In this document: piece by piece, positions 41,431 to 53,863 of the stretch
Layout of the letters: every line of letters begins with the position of its first letter
How positions within the stretch are numbered: position 1 is the first letter of the stretch
Source of the DNA: Octopus sinensis
Taxonomy: Eukaryota
DNA: 64,000 nt
Direction of reading: 5' to 3'
Assembly (NCBI RefSeq): GCF_006345805.1
Contig: NC_043010.1
Span: 47,616,001-47,680,000 of the forward strand
Notes under the pieces: generated by a model
The model's input: only the letters and a program-made list of their open reading frames with translations
What the model was told of the DNA's origin: nothing
Database searches by the model: none
Position numbers and translations under genes: made by a program

Positions 41431-41809
41431 CACTACCGTCAGAAATTAATTAGCACCCTTGATTTGCTCTTCACTCAAGGTATGTGCTGTCACCTAGTGG
41501 CCATATCTCGAACTATTGCTTTGTTGCGAGTTCACTGTTGCGCAGAACGATGACGTAACTTTGTTTGCAGAGCAGTTTGAGAGTCTACAGCCTTATGATG
41601 TTGACATAGCAGTGCAACAACAACTTGAAGTGCGGATGCAGACAAACTTCCTTTGTTTAATAGATATAGGTAGCGCCTCGCAAGGACCGAAATCACACCA
41701 TACTAAGTTTTCTCATCGCGTAAGACGTTTTGAACAGCTCATAGGTTAATTGATTTAACCTATTTAATGTAGAAATTTGAGAAGTGCTAATTAATTTCTG
41801 ACGCAAGTG
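41431..41809. mobile_element. Tc1/mariner-type MITE
   Basis: TIR CACTnnCGTCAGAAATTAATTAGCAC at both ends; TA TSD. Confidence 0.8.
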
Positions 41810-41840
<31 letters not shown>

Positions 41841-42001
41841 ATATACATATATTCTCTCCCTCTTTATTTCCTTGTGTTCCTTTCTGTTGAAGAATGTAGG
41901 CTCGAAACATAAAAGACATTCTCACCTTCCCAAGCGTTAAACTAATACACCTGTTTATTGTTTATACACCTGTCTTCGTCTTTTGATTTTCTGTAAATTT
42001 C

Positions 42002-42050
<49 letters not shown>

Positions 42051-42815
42051 TAGGCATAGGCATGGCCGTGTGGTTAGAAGCTTGTTTCCTAAACACATGT
42101 AGTCCCGCTGCGTGGAATCTTGGGCAAGTGTCTTCTACTATAGCCTTGGGCCGACCAAAGCCTTGTGAATGGATTTGATAGACGAAAACTGAAAGAAGCC
42201 ATTATATATATATCAATCAATACAGAGCAAATAATTCATGAGAAAATATTCACGAAGATATCATTGACTCTATTATTATCTAGTGTAACCCATTAGCAAT
42301 CGATGCTAGATGTGTCAAAATCTATTCAATTTGATGGCCAAATATTTTCATTAATTTTAACTAAACACTTTGAAACTTCGGATATTGGTAGAATGTATGA
42401 CACAGAATAGGGATTGCTCTTAATGTTTTTAACAAAATTTTGTATTTTAGAAGTTATTTCGTGTTAAACTTATCGTATTTAGTTAATATTAACCAATCAA
42501 TGATGTGTATTCAGCTGAAGAAAATTAGTGCTGCTGTATTATATACATGTATATATATGTATATTATATATATATATGTATATATTAAATAATATTTATA
42601 TCATCATCATCGTTTAACGTCCATTCTCCATGCTAGCATGGGTTGGACGGTTCGACCGGGGATCTGGGAAGCCAGAAGGCTGCACCAGGCTCCAGTCTTA
42701 TCTTGCAATGTTTCTACAGCTGGATGCCCTTCCTAACGCCATATATATATATATATATAATATATATATTAAATATATTTCTACTATATATACTAGCATG
42801 GAAAGCGGATATTAA

Positions 42816-43036
42816 CCCTTTAGTGTTCACATTATTCTACCAAAATTAATGCTTTTTTATCCACATTGTTTTGAACTAATCATGCATTATCTTGTAGCTA
42901 TGAGATTTTGATGAGGTAGCTGTTAATTTTTAAAACGATATTGTAGGGTTGGTGTGAGAGACCAGATCTGGCCAGTTTGAACATAAAACAGGCAGAATAC
43001 TTTTGGCCAGATATGGTCGGTTTAAATGCTAAAGAG
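42816..43036. mobile_element. piggyBac-type MITE
   Basis: TTAA-CCCTTTAG...CTAAAGAG-TTAA, splitting a SINE tail at its TTAA. Confidence 0.7.
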
Positions 43037-43129
43037 TTAAATGATGATGATGATGATGATATATATATATATATATGTATGTATATATTATATATATATG
43101 TATGTATATATTATATATAGACACTTGTG

Positions 43130-43650
43130 AAGACCTGTTGAGGCAAGTGAAAACCAAAACAAATCAAAATAGATGAACATCAATGGAATTTGTATCTTTG
43201 TGGTACCAGTGCTGGTGGCACGTGGCACGCAAGAAAACCATCCGAACGTGGCCGTAGCCAGTACCGCATCGACTGGCCTCCGTGCTGTGGGCACGTAACA
43301 AACACCATCCGATCGTGGCCGTTTGCCAGCCTCATCTGGCACCTGTGTCGGTGGCACATAAAAACACCATCCGAGCGTGGCCGTCTGCCAGCCTCGTCTG
43401 GCACCTGTGTCGGTGGCACATAAAAAACACCATCCGAGCGTGGCCGTTTGCCAGCCTCGTCTGGCACCTGTGTCGGTGGCACATAAAATCACCCACTACA
43501 CTCTCGGAGTGGTTGGCGTTAGGAAGGGCATCCAGCTGTAGAAACACTGCCAGATCTGACTGGACTGGTGCAGCTTTCGGGCTCCCCAGACCCCAGTTGA
43601 ACCGTCCAACCCATGCTAGCATGGAAAGCGGACGTTAAATGATGATGATG
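43130..43650 (+). mobile_element. RTE-tail-type short retroelement with internal ~62-bp tandem repeats and (GAT)n tail
   Basis: GGTTGGCGTTAGGAAGGGCATCCAGC...CATGGAAAGCGGACGTTAAA(TGA)n; copies at 240-390 (-), 11360-11600, 21380-21560 (-), 29490-29910 (-), 42600-42740 (-). Confidence 0.75.
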
Positions 43651-44172
43651 ATGATGATGATGATGATATGTATGTATATATTATATATATAAATATTTAT
43701 ATATTATATATATATGTATATATTATATGTGTATATTATATATTGGGTTGGCAACTAAGTTCCCGCCGTTTTTTTTTAATTTAAATTTTTTAAAAAGTGG
43801 GATAACGAGTAAAAATTTTATCCCTAATTTTATGGTTATAGAACTTAGCTGTTCTTTCTAGTGTGTTGAATCCCACAAGTAGATTCCTTGTGTGTTTAAA
43901 TGTACACTGTATTTTATGACTAATACATAGTCTTTGGACTAAATTTTTACACGTTAGGCCACTGGAAATGATAATTTTAATTAATTTCCATTTCCCTTTG
44001 ATATAATTAGGTATTCAAAGTTTTTGGATAATTTTCGGTTTTTAAAAGTTGGCATTTTTTTATTGCCGGTGAAGGGCTGTGTCTGCGCAGTAGATTTTGA
44101 AGAAAATAGGATGTATAAACAAGAGGCACATAGTTTGATCGCCTCGTGTTTATATATTTAATCTAAGGTGTA

Positions 44173-44249
44173 CCTGTTGAAGACGATTTCACCTAGCTGG
44201 TAAAAGTTATTTACTTGCTAAACAAAAATCAGAAACAAATTGGTCCAGG
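44173..44249 (+). ncRNA. Degenerate hammerhead motif (C3 to U)
   Basis: ccug-UUGAAGA-cgauuu...aaauca-GAAA-caaauugg-UC-cagg, between 482-nt-period direct repeats. Confidence 0.5.
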
Positions 44250-44453
44250 AAACTAGATGGTGAAATGTTTTTATTTTCTCATTTCGTTCCTGTCGAATTT
44301 TATCCCTAATTTTGTGGTTATAGAACCTAGCTGTTCTTTCTAGCATGTTGAATTCCACGAGTGGATTCCTTATGTGTTTAAATGTACACTTTATTTTATG
44401 ACATATATATATATATATATATATATTATGTATATATATATATATGTATATAT

Positions 44454-44515
<62 letters not shown>

Positions 44516-44724
44516 TATATATATTATATTATGTATATATATATTATATATATGTATAATATATATATATAATATATATATATATATTATATGTATATAC
44601 ATATTATATATGTGTATATATATATTATATATACATGTATATATGCATATACACACACATACACAAGCACATACATACACTCACACACATATATATGTAA
44701 AATTTTTTGTTTTTTGTTTTGCAG

Positions 44725-44794
44725 ATTGCTTGATTTGAGAAGACTTGGAATTTCTAATCAAATAGATGTTTGCAGTAAACCTATTGGAGCCTAA
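44725..44794 (+). CDS. Laminin alpha-like terminal coding exon (end of LG3, stop)
   Basis: Long T-rich tract + GCAG; phase 2 gives (A)LLDLRRLGISNQIDVCSKPIGA-TAA; total spliced length 3585 nt is divisible by 3. Confidence 0.8.
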
Positions 44795-44860
44795 TCATGC
44801 CAGTTGTTTTTTTGCTGCTGCTCACAACAACTACTACTTCTACTACCACTACCACTACCA

Positions 44861-44898
<38 letters not shown>

Positions 44899-45106
44899 GT
44901 TATTATACAATCTTCCATTCATCAACAGCTTCTCGAGACTGATCTACAGGAAAACTTTGATAGATAAACCGACAAAAATATGTTTAACTTGTGACCAGAA
45001 ATTAAAACTAGTGAATCTAGAAATTCTTCTGTCTCTGTTTATGATTTCATCCCTCGTCTATTCCATCTGTCCTTTAGTCAAAGCTTTACACACACACACT
45101 GACTAA

Positions 45107-45200
<94 letters not shown>

Positions 45201-45612
45201 TACACGTACATATATTGCCAAAGAAGCAGACTCTGTATGAGATATGAGTGCTGAACCTGCTAGAAATAACAACTGAATCTCCGTCAGATTTCATTCTGCC
45301 ATTTTAAAAAAAAAGAACTGAAATGTTGGATATTGTATTTCTTGATATACCATATTTGTAAAACAAAAGACAAGATGGTCCTGGTTGGAACACCCCTGAT
45401 CATAGATCAGTTGAATCAACGTTGGAATTGGGGAAAACAAAAACAGCATTAAATATATTGACATTCTTGAACTTCAAAAATGGTGTATTTGTTGTAATTT
45501 AACTTCTTTCTCATGCTTCCTTTAACAGACACCTGTCTGTATGTGGCTCTGAAGCAAAACGATCTACTGTTAACTACCATTGATGTATCATTTTCTAACA
45601 ACAAATGAATTT

Positions 45613-45618
45613 AATAAA
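45613..45618 (+). promoter_or_regulatory. Candidate polyadenylation signal of the laminin-like gene
   Basis: AATAAA about 820 nt after the stop codon; the hexamer is common in AT-rich DNA. Confidence 0.35.
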
Positions 45619-46429
45619 AGAATATGTTATCAATGAAGTGGGTTTACATGTCATGACATAATTTCACACACACACACACACATATCTGCTTATTCCATTA
45701 TCATAATTCAGTATGTAGTCTCAGTTGCTGCTGTGTATTAGTTCAAAATACATATTAAAATTGAGAATTATGGAAATATTATTTGTAGACTTATGGTATA
45801 ACAAAACAGGTAATTGGAAATTTTTTGGTATTCTTTATTTCACCATTACACATGTTTCATTTGCTAATAGGAATTATTAGAAATTCTTCAGACAGAGAAA
45901 CTAAATTTTTAAATATCAATGATGATGATGATGATGATGATGATGTTAGAAGAAGAAGAAGAAGAAGAAGAAGAAGAATATTATTATTATCATTATTATT
46001 TAATTTCTCCATCTGAAGAATTTCTAATAGGAAATTCCTTACATATCTATCTAACATGTAAAATTTTATAATTCCTATTAGCAAGTGAAACATGTGTAAT
46101 GGTGGATAACTAATACCAAAAAATTTCCCATTTTCTGTTTTATTACACATACATACATACATACATACATAATTACATACACACACATACATATATATAG
46201 AGAGAGGAGAGAATTCACAAAAAAACAAAAGACGAAGACAGGTGGTGTAGACAACAAACAGATGTATTAGTTTAACACTAGGTAAGTGAAAATGTCTTTA
46301 ATGTTTCAAGCCTATGCTCTTCCACAGAAAGGAACACAGAAAGAAACAAGGAGAGAAAATAAAACGAATATATATATAAATATAATTAAGGGTTATATAT
46401 ATATATATATATATATATATTCTCTTTAC

Positions 46430-46669
46430 TCTCTCTTTACTCTTTTACTTGTTTCAGTCATTTGACTGTGGCCATGCTGGAGCACCGCCTTTTAGTCGAA
46501 AAAATTGACCCAAGGACATATTCTTTGTAAGCCTAGTACTTATTCTATCAGTCTCTTTTGCTGAACTGCTAAGTTACAGGTACGTAAACACACCAGCATC
46601 GGTTGTCAAGCAATGTTTGGGGGAGGGAGACAAACACATACACGCAAACATGTGCACACACATACATAC

Positions 46670-46722
<53 letters not shown>

Positions 46723-46885
46723 GATGGGCTTCTTTCAGTTTCCGTCTACCAAATCCACTCAACAAGGCTTTGGTCTGCCCGAGGCTATAGTAGAAGACAC
46801 TTGCCCAAGGTGCCACGCAGTGGGATTGAACCCAGAACCATGTGGTTGGTAAGCAAGCTACTTACCACACAGCTACTCCTGCGCC
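46430..46885 (-). mobile_element. Full-length main SINE, minus strand
   Basis: Reverse complement of 18921-19365. Other - copies near 7850, 15318, 31110, 33970, 51110, 51540. Confidence 0.85.
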
Positions 46886-47175
46886 TATTTGATAATTATA
46901 TATTTTCCTTAAAGTAATATCCGTACCAGGGCATTAGAATAGCACTATACTGTAGCAAACAGTCTTCACACAGTATGCTTGGATGGAAGGATTGGTTAAT
47001 TAAATATGCTACAAGCTCATTAGAAGAAACTCAACCAAAGCATTATATATCAACATCATTTTTATATAAGTTTTTATTGTATAGATAAATATTCAAATTG
47101 TCAACACAAATTCCACCAGCTAATTGTATTTTTATGGTAATTTTTATTCAAAGATTTTTTTTGTTTTTCTCAATC

Positions 47176-47330
47176 TCAAATCAAAGCTGGGAATGTTCTT
47201 CTTCGCAGACGTTCAACTTCTTGGCGTAACGTGGTCAGTTCCGCTGCTTGTTTCTTGGCTCTGCTGATCAACTTCTTGCGGTGACATATGTTGAAGTATT
47301 TCACTCTCTCGTATGTTCCCGGAGTTTCCT
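47176..47330 (-). CDS. CFAP43: Cilia- and flagella-associated protein 43, terminal exon
   Basis: RKKLISRAKKQAAELTTLRQEVERLRRRTFPALI-stop matches the recalled conserved CFAP43 C-terminus (EVERLRMxTFPAL); acceptor TACAG, phase 1. Confidence 0.9.
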
Positions 47331-47364
47331 CTGTAGTAAAATAAATATATAATAGATATATTAA

Positions 47365-47397
<33 letters not shown>

Positions 47398-47399
<2 letters not shown>

Positions 47400-47840
47400 C
47401 TGTAAATCCTCGAGTATAATCCGCATTTTTTTCCCAAAATTTAAAGGTCAAAATCCCTAGTGCATATTATACACAAGGTTAAAATGAAAATTATTTTCTA
47501 AGCAATGTTCGAGTCTCTATTTGCTGTCCGGCAATGTTTATTCAAACGCATTTTGTGATGTCAGGCACAAAAATACCTTAAGCTAAGCCTGAAAGCAATG
47601 AAGTCATAAAAGAATCATCCATAACTTGCAGTAAGCAACATTTATTAAACGCTATTACTGTTATTTCTTTATTTTCTGCAAACAAAATGCACAAAAAAGC
47701 TACATGTTTGCATTATGTTATATATACAATAATAATAAAGTACGTTACTGTAGACATTTTTACAAACCAAGGACGTTATATAGACCTCCTTGACTCAAGT
47801 TAGAGAAGGGGTGCGTATTATACACAAGGTTTAGGTTTTT
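47398..47840. mobile_element. Tc1/pogo-type MITE remnant (shorter copy at 36808-36925)
   Basis: Shared TA-CnGTAAATCCTCGAGTATAATCCGC start, near-identical for ~120 bp. Confidence 0.6.
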
Positions 47841-48279
47841 CAGGAATTGAAACCACAATCTTGTAATCATGAGTGCAACACCCTTACCACTAGGCCATGT
47901 GCCCTCTGCCTACATACGTATATATAGCTAAATGCTCAATGAGCACTTGCAGAACCTTGTAGGGATTGGTGTGTATGTGTGTGCCTTTGACTGTGTATGT
48001 GTTTGACTGGGGGAGGGTGTGTGTGTGTGTGATTGTGTGTGTAACTACTTCCTTACCATAGTTTCTTGTAATATTCAGTTATTTGGACTCAACAAGCTTT
48101 AGCAAACTCTTGTCATAATTGTTAAATCAAAAGGCAAGACTTGTCTGTTGTCTCAACAAGAACAGTTCTTTGAAGACCACTGGGTCGTTATTTCTGGATA
48201 CAACATTACACATCCAATGGAGTTTGTTGTCATTATTTCTTTCTAGTTTTTAGTTCTCGTGGTTTGCAATCATGTAACA

Positions 48280-48850
48280 TAGCACTACACACATGCATCT
48301 ATACACATAAGCCTCTACACATATAAGCATCTACAAATGTAAGCATCTACACACATAACCCCTACACACATAAGCATCCACATATGTAAGCATCTACACA
48401 CATAAGCACTATACACATGCATCTATACACATAAGCATCTACACATATAAGCATCTACAAATGTAAGCATCTACACACATAAGCCCTATACACATGCATC
48501 TATACACATAAGCATCTACACATATAAGCATCTATACACATAAGCACTATACACATGCATCTATACACATAAGCATCTACACATATAAGCATCCACATAT
48601 GTAAGCATTTACACACATAAGCACTATACACATAATCATCTATACATATAAGCATCTATACACATAAGTATTGTACACATATCCATCAACACAAAGGCGT
48701 CTAAGCACTACACACAAGCATATACACTTGTCAACATCTACACACATAAGCATCTACAAATGTAAGCATTTTACATATAAACATCTACACATTATATATG
48801 CATTAACAAATGAAAGCATCTACACATATAAGCAATACATCACTATATAT
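48280..48850. repeat. Minisatellite, ~17-nt unit ACACATAAGCATCTAC
   Basis: Many degenerate tandem units with higher-order blocks. Confidence 0.9.
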
Positions 48851-49260
48851 ATATGTCGTATAATCTAGTCATTACCTGGAAAAAAAATTTCTTTGTTGCT
48901 AGCAGAGGCTCCCTAAACATTTTCCACCTTGTTCTTACATAAGTTACTATGCTTTCCAAACACCCATCATTACTATTAATTAAGTCATCTAACAGACACC
49001 TTGTGGTTGGGAAGCAAGCTTCTTACCACACAGCCATGTCTGCGCCTGGTGTTACAATATCATTATAAACTGCTACAAGGGCAAAAAAGGACCATCTAGA
49101 GTAGTGGTCCTTAACCATTTTTTACCTATGGATTCCTTTGATTACTATTTTATTTGGGTGGCCTTTCATTGCTATATAATGTTTTAAAAAAAAACAATTT
49201 AATTTTTATAATTATATTTTAAGAATAATAAATCTCTGAACGAGGTATAAACAGCATCCA

Positions 49261-50018
49261 CCCTTAGTGGTTAGCCACATTTAAGTGGCAAATATACTTC
49301 ACATTGTCGTGCAGCTACTGTTTATACATCGTTCAGAGATATATTATTGCTTGTTTACACTTTTGCGAGATCAGTGACTTTTCGTCACTGGAAAAAGGAT
49401 ATATGTATTTGCATTGGGACCCCTTCGCATCAAAAACCGGTGATTGTCATGCGCTGACGACGGATAAATACCCAGAAACCCGGGTCCGTGCATATCACAT
49501 CAGGTTGAAGATGGGAAGGATGGCTTTCCTTTGCAAATACTGATAGGGTACAGAAAGTGTGTCAATAGCCAGCTGAAGTAGATATTCTCCTGGGGCTACA
49601 AGCTACAGTAGCCTCTGCCCTTAGTGGTTAGTCACATTTAAGTGGCAATATACTTCACATTGTCGTGCAGCTACTGTTTATACATCGTTCAGAGATATAT
49701 TATTGCTTGTTTACACTTTTGCGAGATCAGTGACTTTTCGTCACTGGAAAAAGGATATATGTATTTGCATTGGGACCCCTTCGCATCAAAAACCGGTGAT
49801 TGTCATGCGCTGACGACGGATAAATACCCAGAAACCCGGGTCCGTGCATATCACATCAGGTTGAAGATGGGAAGGATGGCTTTCCTTTGCAAATACTGAT
49901 AGGGTACAGAAAGTGTGTCAATAGCCAGCTGAAGTAGATATTCTCCTGGGGCTACAAGCTACAGTAGCCTCTGCCCTTAGTGGTTAGTCACATTTAAGTG
50001 GCAAATATACTTCACATT
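49261..50018 (+). repeat. 356-nt near-perfect tandem dimer plus partial third unit, each full unit with a hammerhead-like motif (retrozyme/Penelope pLTR-like)
   Basis: Units start CCCTTAGTGGTTAG at 49261, 49618 and 49974; CTGACGA at 49454 and 49810, each followed by GAAACCCGGGTC. Confidence 0.85.
49449..49493 (+). ncRNA. Type I hammerhead ribozyme-like motif (second copy 49805-49849)
   Basis: gcg-CUGACGA-cggauaaauaccca-GAAA-cccggg-UC-cgu; palindromic stem III; stem II is weak with a C-A mismatch at its base. Confidence 0.55.
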
Positions 50019-50471
50019 TTATTAAGAATTATATTTAAAAAATTTGTTAACATATTTTGTGTGTTGTAGAAGTATAACCAGTTTATTGCACATAAATTTT
50101 AACTACGAAATCTTACATGGACCCCCAAAGGTCATAAGGACCCTGGTTGAGGACCACTATTCTAGAGAGATGAAACTACAGAGGTATCAAACTGAACTGT
50201 TAGATTGTCTCATGAAGACCAGAGTTTTAGGAACAGGATAAGCCTTGATGAAATTCAGTCCTACTTTGTGCCAGGAAAAGGTTCCATTGATGCCTGACTA
50301 AAGGGACAACTACAAGAGATGTACTTTGATTATAATTGCAACAAGTTTCAGGTTGTCACCGCTGCTCATTGTCTGTGTTTTATTACTTTACAGTATTAAT
50401 CTTCTCACATGTATCCTGAACAATTTGCCGTTTGAACAAAAATAATAAGATAATGAATGATACCAACTCAC

Positions 50472-50625
50472 GACAGACATTAGCGATATGTCTCCGATCA
50501 TTTACTTGAACATTAATGATTTTGATCTGTTTAGCTAATTTCTCATTTTCCTTCTTCTTTGCCTTTATGTTCATTTTTAGCTTGTTAATATCGTCTTCGA
50601 TTTTCGACTGTTTTTTTTCATGTAT
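50472..50625 (-). CDS. CFAP43: CFAP43 exon
   Basis: IHEKKQSKIEDDINKLKMNIKAKKKENEKLAKQIKIINVQVNDRRHIANVC; CCAG acceptor, GTGAGT donor; phase 0/1. Confidence 0.85.
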
Positions 50626-50712
50626 CTGGAAGAAGTATTAAAATAAAGTAAGAATAGAAAAATTAAAAAAAGCACTGAAATGGTAATGGAAAGAATCTTT
50701 TATCATTTTATA

Positions 50713-51946
50713 GGTGCAGGAGTGGCTGTGTGGTAAGTAGCTTGCTTACCAACCACATGGTTCTGGGTTCAATCCCACTACGTGACACCTTGAGCAAGTG
50801 TCTACTACTATGGCCTCGGGTCGACCAAAGCCTTGTGAGTGGATTTGGTAGACAGAAACTGAAAGAAAGCTGTCGTATATATATCTATATATATATGTGT
50901 GTGTGTGTTTGTGTGTCTGTGATCCCCAACATTGCTTGACAATCGATGCTGGTGTGTTTACGTCCTGGTAACTTAGCAGTTCGGCAAAAGAGGCCAATAG
51001 AATAAGTACTAGGCTTACAAAAAATAAGTCCTGGGGTCGATTTCCTCGACTAAAGGCGGTGCTCCAGCATGGCCACAGTCAAACGACTGAAACAAGTAAA
51101 AGAGTATTTACTTGTTTCGGTCATTGGTTTTGCAGCCATGCTGGGGTACCACCTTGAAAGGTTTTGTCAAATAAATCATGCTCAGTACGTATCTTCAAGT
51201 CTGATACTTATTCTGTCAGTGTCTTTTGCTGAACTGCTAAGTTACAGGGATGTAAACAAACCAATACCAGTCGTCAAATGCTAGATGGGAGACAAACACA
51301 CATATACATAAATACACACACATGTATATATATGATGAACTTCCACACAGTTTCTCTGTACCAAATTCACTCACAAAGCATTGATCAATCCAGGGTTATA
51401 TTATAAAACATTTGTCCAGGTGAACTTGCAGTGGGACTGAACCCAGAACCACATGGTTGCAAAGTGAGTTTCTTAACAACACAGCCATGCCTGCACCTCA
51501 AAATTTCTTTCGCATCATTTTACAATAATGTTAATAACTCTTTTACTCTTTTATGTGTTTCAGTCATTTGACTGAGGCCATGCTGGAGCACCGCCTTTAG
51601 TCGAGCAAATTGACCCCAGGACTTATTCTTTGTAAGCCTAGTACTTATTCTATCGGTCTGTTTTGCCAAACCACTATGTTACGGGGATGTAAACACACCA
51701 GCATTGGTTGTCAAGTGATGCTGAAGGAATAAACAGACACACAAACATATACAAACACATACACATATATATATACATATATATGACAGGCTTCTTTCAG
51801 TTTCCATCTACCAAATCCACTCACAAGGCTTTGGTCGGCCCAAGGCTATAGTAGAAGACACTTGCTCAAGGTGCCACGCAGTGGGACTGAACCTGAAACC
51901 ATGTGGTTTGTAAGCAAGCTACTTACCACACAGCCACTCCTACGCC
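50713..51946. mobile_element. Cluster of three main-family SINEs (one +, two -)
   Basis: 50713-51104 (+), ~51108-51498 (-), 51540-51946 (-). Confidence 0.8.
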
Positions 51947-53049
51947 TATACATTGATTGTTGCTGGTGTTGTTGTTTAGACACCAAGTCAGCTCTGATCA
52001 AGTAGACTTATGATCAAAAGCTTTCCATGCATGACCATCTCATCATTTGTGTATATCTAGGATTACACTGTTCAATGTGTTCTTTTTTTCTTTTCAATAT
52101 AGTTGGGTGTAATATGAGAGTAGAGGCGCTATGGCCCAGTGGTTAGGGCAGTGGACTCGCAGTCGAAGGATCACGGTTTCGATTCCCAGACTGGGCGTTG
52201 TGTGCGTTTATTGAGCAAAAACACCTAAAAATCTCCACGAGGCTCTGGCAGGGGGTGGTGGCGACCCCTGTTGTACTCTTTCGCCCCAACTTTCTCTAAC
52301 TCTCTCTTCCTGTTTCTTGAGTAACGCTGTGATGGACTGGCGTCCCGTCCAGCTGTGGAGGTGGGGGGACACATATGCCACAGAAACCAGGAAACCGGGC
52401 CTATGAGTCTGGTTAGGCTTGAAAAGGGCGACATTTATTGTTGTTTTTTTATCGGAGTATGACAGAGAGAGAGAAAGAAAGAAAGAAAGAGAGAGGTTAG
52501 ATTGTTGTTTCTAAGCAGATCTTGCAACCTTTTGAACAGTTTCTCATTGGATTGGTGACAATTATAACAATAGAGAACAATGACAACAATAGAAGAAGTG
52601 GTAGTTATGATGGCAGTGGTAGCGGCAGCGGCGGCGGCGGTGGATGTGGTGGTGGTGGTAGTGGAGGCAGTTTTGGTGGTGGGGGTGATGGTAATAATGG
52701 TTTTAGTAAGGTGTTCTCTTGATAAATTACATTTCATTTGATATTTACAACAATCAATAAAATAGCACCAACAATTCATCAATAGACAAAATATTTCTCA
52801 ATGTTGCCAAGTATAGTTAAAAGTAAGTGTTAGCATATTTAATTCAGGAAGCATGAAAGAAATACTAACTTGAAAATAAAATTATGCTCTGCAGGTGTGG
52901 CTGCATGGTAAGAAGCTTGCTTCCCAACCACATGGTTCCAGGTTCAACCCCACTGCATGGCACCTTGGGCAAGTGTCAGGTCAACCAAAGCTCTGTGTGT
53001 GGGTTTGGTAGATGGAAACTGAAAGTGGCTCATTATATATATATATAAA

Positions 53050-53516
53050 GAGTCCAGAAGCTGGCTACCTGCATGGTTCTTGGTCTCAAGAATTTGTCTT
53101 ATGAAGAAAGGCTGAAGATGCTCGACCTTTATTCTCTAGAAAAACGACGACACCGTGGTGATCTCATTCTTGCTCACAACATCATAAGCGGAAAGTGTAA
53201 CCTCTTGAAAGAGCTGTTCTTCACTCCTGCTCCAGAGCATCGGCTGCGGGGTCACTCCAAAAAGCTCTATCTGCAACGATTTCATCTCAATCAAAGGAGA
53301 GGGGCTTTCTCCGTCCAGATTGCAGATCCGTGGAATAAGCTGCCGGACGAGATAGTGAAGATGCCGATGACCACTCAGTTCAAAGTCTCTCTTGACCAGA
53401 AATGGCCTGAACTCTTTGCATGAACACCACCCTGTACATAATTCCATGTCCCCCTACATGGCCTTGCTTTTTGCTTTTTGAGCCAAAAAATTAACTTAAC
53501 TTAACTTAACTTAACT
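53050..53516 (+). mobile_element. CR1-like LINE 3' end with (TTAAC)n tail
   Basis: LSYEERLKMLDLYSLEKRRHRGDLI...LRGHSKKL...WNKLP; tandem TTAAC tail at 53491-53516. Confidence 0.85.
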
Positions 53517-53808
53517 ATATATATATATATATACATGAGCAAAACGTCCCCGTCCAATGGATGGTGGTGAGTTGTCAAACATTTAAACCAAATTTTCTCA
53601 AAACAACTTGTCCGACCGTCCCATAGGCCTCCCCTTTGAGAAACACTGATTTAACCTAAATTTGAGACACCAGCAAAAGAAGAAATAAAGATAGACTTTT
53701 TTTCTATTCCTAAGAAAACTGATTTTATTCACACAAATATGCAACCTCAAGCTGACCAAAGCCTTGTGGGTGGATTTGGTAGACAGAAACGGAAAGAAGC
53801 CTGTCGTA

Positions 53809-53863
<55 letters not shown>

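Larger units (their letters stand above)
49100..50162. mobile_element. hAT-like MITE interrupted by the 356-nt tandem
   Basis: Ends AGTGGTCCTTAACC / GGTTGAGGACCACT, with TCTAGA-like flanks as in Charlie-type elements. Confidence 0.6.

Noticed and set aside
43743-43775. Mariner transposon
   Set aside because: Only one terminus-like stretch; no partner TIR or transposase sequence.
44800-47170. Search for LG4-LG5 exons
   Set aside because: Only microsatellites, an inverted repeat, a PLE fragment and a SINE; no LamG-like coding segment seen.
48280-48850. Possible CRISPR-like array
   Set aside because: Contiguous degenerate units without unique spacers, no cas genes, eukaryotic intron.
49304-49899. 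Two identical ~80-aa ORFs
   Set aside because: By-product of the 356-nt tandem; non-ATG starts, no splice signals, no recognisable domain.
52522-52722. Gly/Ser-rich ORF
   Set aside because: Intronic trinucleotide mosaic (GGT/GGC/AGT) without convincing splice sites.
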